The notes beneath the pieces are model-generated. The model worked only from the letters and a program-made list of their open reading frames with translations, was not told the DNA's origin and made no database searches. The position numbers and the translations under genes were made by a program. From Nitrospinales bacterium (GTDB taxonomy: Bacteria; Nitrospinota; Nitrospinia; Nitrospinales; VA-1), in assembly GCA_965262115.1 (NCBI GenBank), contig OZ253496.1, positions 1,792,001 through 1,856,000 on the forward strand: 64,000 bases of DNA. The letters are read 5' to 3'. Of this stretch, positions 59,921 through 64,000 are shown in pieces; the stretch's first letter is position 1; every line of letters begins with the position of its first letter.

Positions 59921-60510
59921 TTATCAAACTTGCGCAACACACCAATGACCACGCCCTGAATGGCAAAGTCGCCTTCACGGACGATGATCGGTTTCATATC
60001 CGGGTGGGCGGGTTGCAGGCGCACCCGGCCCTTTTCCCGGTAAAACCGTTTCAAGGTAGCCCGATCGTTATCGATCAATGCCACCACCGTTTCCACGTTT
60101 TCGGCCGCATCGCGCCGCTCCACGATCACATAATCTCCGTCCTGAATATGGTCTTCGATCATCGAATTGCCTTTGACCTTGAGGACAAAGATATCCTTGT
60201 CTCCGGCATCGGGCAACAGAGCTATCACTTCACGGTGGTCCATCACCTCAATCGGCTTACCTGCCGCAATATGGCCCAGCACCGGGTATTCCCGCGCGGG
60301 CTCTTCCACCACTTCAATGGCGCGGCTCAAATTATGTTGCTTCTTAATCAGCCCCTTCTTTTCCAAATGGGTCAGGTGCTTGTGCACCGTCGCCGTGGAA
60401 CTGAGCTGGAAATGTTTGCCAATTTCCACAATGCTCGGCGCATACCCCTTGGAATGGATATGCTCCTTGAGGTACTCATAAATCTCCCGCTGACGTTTGG
60501 TGAGATACAT
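59917..60510 (-). CDS. lexA: SOS repressor LexA
   Basis: LTKRQREI..PSIVEI..SSTATVHKHL; IAAG cleavage site; GNSM Ser; ATLKR Lys. Confidence 0.95.
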   Translation of the reverse strand: MYLTKRQREIYEYLKEHIHSKGYAPSIVEIGKHFQLSSTATVHKHLTHLEKKGLIKKQHNLSRAIEVVEEPAREYPVLGHIAAGKPIEVMDHREVIALLPDAGDKDIFVLKVKGNSMIEDHIQDGDYVIVERRDAAENVETVVALIDNDRATLKRFYREKGRVRLQPAHPDMKPIIVREGDFAIQGVVIGVLRKFDK

Positions 60511-60550
60511 AATTTTAATCTCCTCATTTCCCTATGCATGTCAGGATAAG

Positions 60551-60567
60551 CGAAAAAAACACGAAAA
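60551..60567. promoter_or_regulatory. Candidate direct-repeat LexA box
   Basis: CGAAA-N6-CGAAA (GAAA-N7-GAAA) ~40 bp upstream of lexA. Confidence 0.45.
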
Positions 60568-60652
60568 TAAAGCTCGCAACGCGGACGGGAAATGGGGCAA
60601 TTTGCCTTCGATCGCTGGCCCCACGCCGAGTGGGGTGGTATCCTTGAACCCT

Positions 60653-61084
60653 ATGGCAACGAAACTGAAGCTTCTATTTTTGTGTACCGGCAACTCGTGC
60701 CGAAGCCAGATGGCCGAGGGCTGGGCGCGGCACTTGAAGAGCGACTCCATCCAGGCGTTTTCAGCCGGACTCGAGGCACATGGGCTCAACCCCAACGCGG
60801 TTCAAGTCATGCAGGAGGTCGGAGTGGACATCACCGATCAGAAATCGCAGAAAGTGGAGGAAGTGGAAACCATTCCTTTCGATTTTGTGATCACGGTGTG
60901 CAGTCACGCCAATGAGAACTGTCCGGTTTTCACCTGCTCCTCCACCGTCGTGCATTTCGGATTTGATGATCCACCCAAGCTTGCGCAAAACGCAAACACA
61001 GAAGAGGAAGCCCTCGATCATTATCGCAGGGTGCGGGACGAGATCCGCATCTTCATCGAAACCCTGCCGGAGGTTTTGTGGTAG
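60653..61084 (+). CDS. arsC: Thioredoxin-coupled arsenate reductase (LMW-PTP fold)
   Basis: FLCTGNSCRSQMAEG, ITVC...ENCP, FDDP, RRVRDEI. Confidence 0.92.
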   Translation: MATKLKLLFLCTGNSCRSQMAEGWARHLKSDSIQAFSAGLEAHGLNPNAVQVMQEVGVDITDQKSQKVEEVETIPFDFVITVCSHANENCPVFTCSSTVVHFGFDDPPKLAQNANTEEEALDHYRRVRDEIRIFIETLPEVLW

Positions 61085-61114
61085 TCGGCAAAAAGACAAA
61101 TCACCCCAGCCCTT

Positions 61115-61153
61115 GTGATATTTCTTCCTCAACTTTCATGCCCGGTACGGGTA
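61115..61153 (-). repeat. R38 element inside a family-D hairpin
   Basis: GTGATATTTCTTCCTCAACTTTCATGCCCGGTACGGGTA. Confidence 0.8.
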
Positions 61154-61181
61154 CTTTGTAAAAGAGGGGTTCATTGAAGCT

Positions 61182-61420
61182 CCCCCTTCTACGAAGGAGA
61201 CCTTTGCATAACCCAAGATTCTTCGTTGCAATAGCTCCTCAGAATGACAAAATAGCCTTTTATTGTCATGCTGAGCTAGTGATACTCGACCTTTGCCTTC
61301 TTGAGCCTGTTATATCCCCTTCCATTAACTTCATGCCCCGGAGGGGTAGGAGGGGTGTGTCGAAGCATCTCGCTTTTCTGCTTTATAGACTTACGCAAAG
61401 GTCTCCTTCGTAGAAGGGGG
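61182..61420. repeat. MITE-like element with 30-bp terminal inverted repeats
   Basis: 61182-61211 vs 61391-61420, 29/30 match, containing GAGACCTTTGC; encloses family-C hairpins and R38 at 61309-61348. Confidence 0.75.
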
Positions 61421-61479
61421 TTGGGAGGATTTAAAGCTTCTCATGCAATATGTACACTAAACAAATTTAGGACATCTCT

Positions 61480-62550
61480 ATGAAATGGTTCGCGGTGAAA
61501 ATTATTTTTCTCCTTATTCTCGCCCTATTTGTGAACTATTCCCTCAGTGAAGGTGCACCACGCAAAGCAACGGGCATCCAGAAGGTCATGGCCTCGTTTC
61601 CCCAAAACACCACCACGCGCATTGCCATCGTCGGTGACACCGGAACCGGTGAACGAGCCTACGCACCGGGATTTTCCGCCGTGCAAAAAGCCATGCGGGA
61701 TACCAAGCCGGACGCGTTACTGCATCTTGGCGATTTCGTTTACCAGCCGGAACCGTTTCCCGACTCCTGCCCGAGCCGATACATAGAAGAAATCAAAAAA
61801 ACATTGGTGGACCCGTATCCCCTGCGCCTTTTTGTTGCGGGCGATAACGATCTTCCGGCGCATCGGAAAAAGCCGAAGGCTTCGGGTTACTGGGACAAAA
61901 TCGATCCGCTCGATTCCGGGTTCGACAACTCTGCCAAAAATGTTGCACGGGATTTTGAAGGCACCCGGGTGGTGGGCAACGCCTTGATCGGAATCATCCA
62001 TAACTATCCCTGGCAGGACCCCACCGAATGGCTGAAACCACGTATTAAAAAAGCGAGAGAAAAAGGGCTCTGGGTCATTCTTGCCGTCCACGAACCGGCG
62101 CTCACCACCGCCTGGTATCTGGACAAACGCAACACGGTTCTCAAACAGTTGAATGCCTTAAAACCCGACATGGTGTTCGCCGGCAACCAGCACTCCTACG
62201 AACGGTTTCATCCCATGAGCTCGATAGAGGACGGGGCATTCAAGGTGATCAAATCTGAATCTGGGAAATACCAAAGCGGGGACGGAACGATGCACATAGT
62301 TTCAGGCGGCGGCGGGGCCACCTTCAAACCTTTTGCCGACACTCAGAATAAAAAGGAGGGCACCGCGCCGAAAGAGGTGTTTGACGCGCTGGCAAAAAGG
62401 GCGCTGATGAACCATTTCGTCACTCTGGATATTTCGCGGGATATTTTGAAAGGAACGGTCTGGCGGGTATGCGTGAACGATGATCCCGATGACCAACAAA
62501 ACCCGCGCTGGAAATCGCGAAAGAAATTCTGGGACAACATCCCCCTGTAA
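61480..62550 (+). CDS. Secreted metallophosphoesterase (calcineurin-like); possibly clipped by a premature TAA
   Basis: VGDTG, HLGDFVY, GDND, VHEP, GNQHSYER, VSGGGG; frame continues 18 codons past TAA 62548 to TAG 62607. Confidence 0.8.
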   Translation: MKWFAVKIIFLLILALFVNYSLSEGAPRKATGIQKVMASFPQNTTTRIAIVGDTGTGERAYAPGFSAVQKAMRDTKPDALLHLGDFVYQPEPFPDSCPSRYIEEIKKTLVDPYPLRLFVAGDNDLPAHRKKPKASGYWDKIDPLDSGFDNSAKNVARDFEGTRVVGNALIGIIHNYPWQDPTEWLKPRIKKAREKGLWVILAVHEPALTTAWYLDKRNTVLKQLNALKPDMVFAGNQHSYERFHPMSSIEDGAFKVIKSESGKYQSGDGTMHIVSGGGGATFKPFADTQNKKEGTAPKEVFDALAKRALMNHFVTLDISRDILKGTVWRVCVNDDPDDQQNPRWKSRKKFWDNIPL

Positions 62551-62626
62551 TGCGACGACAAGCCCCAAGGCGTGACGGTTTATGAAGAATTTGAAATTAA
62601 CCACTAGGCGTGGGGCCAATGTGCAC

Positions 62627-62664
62627 GTGATATTCTTCCTCAGCCTTCGTGCCCCGGAGGGGTA
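62627..62664 (-). repeat. R38 element inside a family-B arm
   Basis: GTGATATTCTTCCTCAGCCTTCGTGCCCCGGAGGGGTA. Confidence 0.85.
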
Positions 62665-62845
62665 ATAACTTTTGCTGGCGAGCAATAGTTCATCTTGGCT
62701 TGTTATATTTTTCCGTAGGTGGATGTCCTCCTCAACTATTAAGTTCCTCTCCCCTCCGAGGGACTCAAGCCTGATCGTCTGAAGGCTTGATGGCAAGGCA
62801 TAGCCGCAGTGAGGGGGGAATTGGACTACCCCCTCTTTCTTAAAG

Positions 62846-62884
62846 TACCCCTTCGGGGCACGAAGTTAATGTTGGGGATATCAC
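62846..62884 (+). repeat. R38 element (uninterrupted counterpart of the IS110 copy 2 site)
   Basis: CCCCTCTTTCTTAAAG-TACCCCTTCGGGGCACGAAGTTAATGTTGGGGATATCAC. Confidence 0.85.
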
Positions 62885-63011
62885 GTTATACCTGCGGGGC
62901 ATGATCCTTCGAGAGCCTCAGGATGACCAGACAGACTCAGGATGACAAGTGAAGAGGATATCACACGCTCACGAAGGCTAAGCAAGAGGCCATCACAGCT
63001 ACGGACAAATA

Positions 63012-63449
63012 TCACGTCTCAGCTTTTATTTTCAAGGCATCGTTCATGGATTCTAACATGGGCGTGATACTTTTTTCCATTTTCCCCCAGAACAAGGGCA
63101 CGAGCATTCCACTGAATGCTTCGATGTGAACAAGCCGGGTGCCGGAACCGGTTTCTTCCAGTTCGAAGATTTTGTCGTTGGTGAATAAAAAACCCGCCAT
63201 CATGGTCGCGCGCCAACGAAAAAACTTCGGCTCTTCGACGTTGGTGACAATGGGCGTGTATTTATTGCCTTCTTTACCGTCACCGCAACGCATGGTCATG
63301 CTGAGTTTGGACCCTGGGGACGCGACTCCGCTTGCCTGATCGCAGATGGGGTTCCACTCCTTCCAGTTATCGAAATCGGTGAGGATGCTCCACACTTTTG
63401 CTATGGGAGCCGCAATTTCTATTTCGGTTCGAATTTCTCGCATACTCAT
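63012..63449 (-). CDS. SRPBCC / polyketide cyclase family protein
   Basis: IRTEIEIAAPIAKVWSILTDFDNWKEWNP; TRLVHIEAFSG; MNDALKIKAE. Confidence 0.88.
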   Translation of the reverse strand: MSMREIRTEIEIAAPIAKVWSILTDFDNWKEWNPICDQASGVASPGSKLSMTMRCGDGKEGNKYTPIVTNVEEPKFFRWRATMMAGFLFTNDKIFELEETGSGTRLVHIEAFSGMLVPLFWGKMEKSITPMLESMNDALKIKAET

Positions 63450-63654
63450 CCTTAATTTTATGTCCCGCAGGACATGATCCTTCGAGGGCCTCAGGGTGAC
63501 AAGTGAAGAGGATAGGAAGAGGCACGAGGGTTAAGCTAATACCTGGATTGCCGCACCACTTTGTGGTTCGCAATGATGGAACCCCCCTGAATCCCCCCTT
63601 ATCATGGGGGCCAGTGATCTTTCCCCTGTGAAGGGGAATTGAGGTGGTTTTCTT

Positions 63655-64000
63655 TTATTTGGATTGCGCAAGAATTACGTCAATTTCATCGCAGGTTTTT
63701 TTCACATCCCGTGCTGAGGCATCGAGAGCGGCTTGCTCTTCATCGGTCATTTTAAGTTCAATGACTTTTTCGATTCCGTGGATGCCCATCATAACGGGAA
63801 CGCCGAAGAAAATTCCACTCCAGCCGTATTCGCCTTCCAGGTAAGCGGTGCAGGGGAGGATGCGGCGTTTGTCCTGCAAGATCGCTTCGATCATTTTTAC
63901 GACTGATGCGCCGGGCGCGTAGAAAGCGCTGCCGGTTTTTAGCAGTGCGACGATTTCCGCCCCGCCTTTTCGTGTGCGTTCCACCACCCGGTCGATCTGT
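63655..64000 (-). CDS. mdh: Malate dehydrogenase, C-terminal part (runs off window)
   Basis: RTRKGGAEIVALLKTGSAFYAP..LEGEYG..GVPV. Confidence 0.92.
   Translation of the reverse strand, partial: QIDRVVERTRKGGAEIVALLKTGSAFYAPGASVVKMIEAILQDKRRILPCTAYLEGEYGWSGIFFGVPVMMGIHGIEKVIELKMTDEEQAALDASARDVKKTCDEIDVILAQSK

Noticed and set aside
59350..60549. 399-aa plus-strand ORF
   Set aside because: Antisense shadow of lexA and dinB with no motifs; same reasoning applies to the many other antisense ORFs in the track.
60497..60652. 52-aa N-terminal extension of arsC
   Set aside because: Crosses the lexA start, its promoter and a family-B arm; ArsC homology begins at MATKLK (60653).

Overview
About 64 kb of bacterial chromosome of moderate GC; gene content suggests Nitrospinota, but that is an inference. 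Intact housekeeping genes include modABC with a porin, mreB, a glmM-like gene, nadE, elbB, smc, pyrF, lexA-dinB, arsC, partial mdh and tRNA-Asp/Val/Leu. Between them lie AT-rich accessory modules (TIGR04255 trio, ImmA/IrrE-DUF4411 pair, RAMA-like pair), a Fic gene, many pseudogenes and IS remnants (IS3, IS256, IS1595). The strongest signal is two IS110 copies whose non-coding left ends read as bridge RNAs. Their guide segments match both the element ends (ACAGTTG-CT-TGTAT) and the insertion site (TACCC-CT-(T/G)CGGGG), and a one-base guide difference between the copies mirrors a one-base difference in their targets. The target is a ~38-bp asymmetric element, here called R38, present ~18-20 times in the window. 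R38 inserts without target duplication into other small repeat families, giving nested intergenic micro-elements. No CRISPR array or rRNA was seen.
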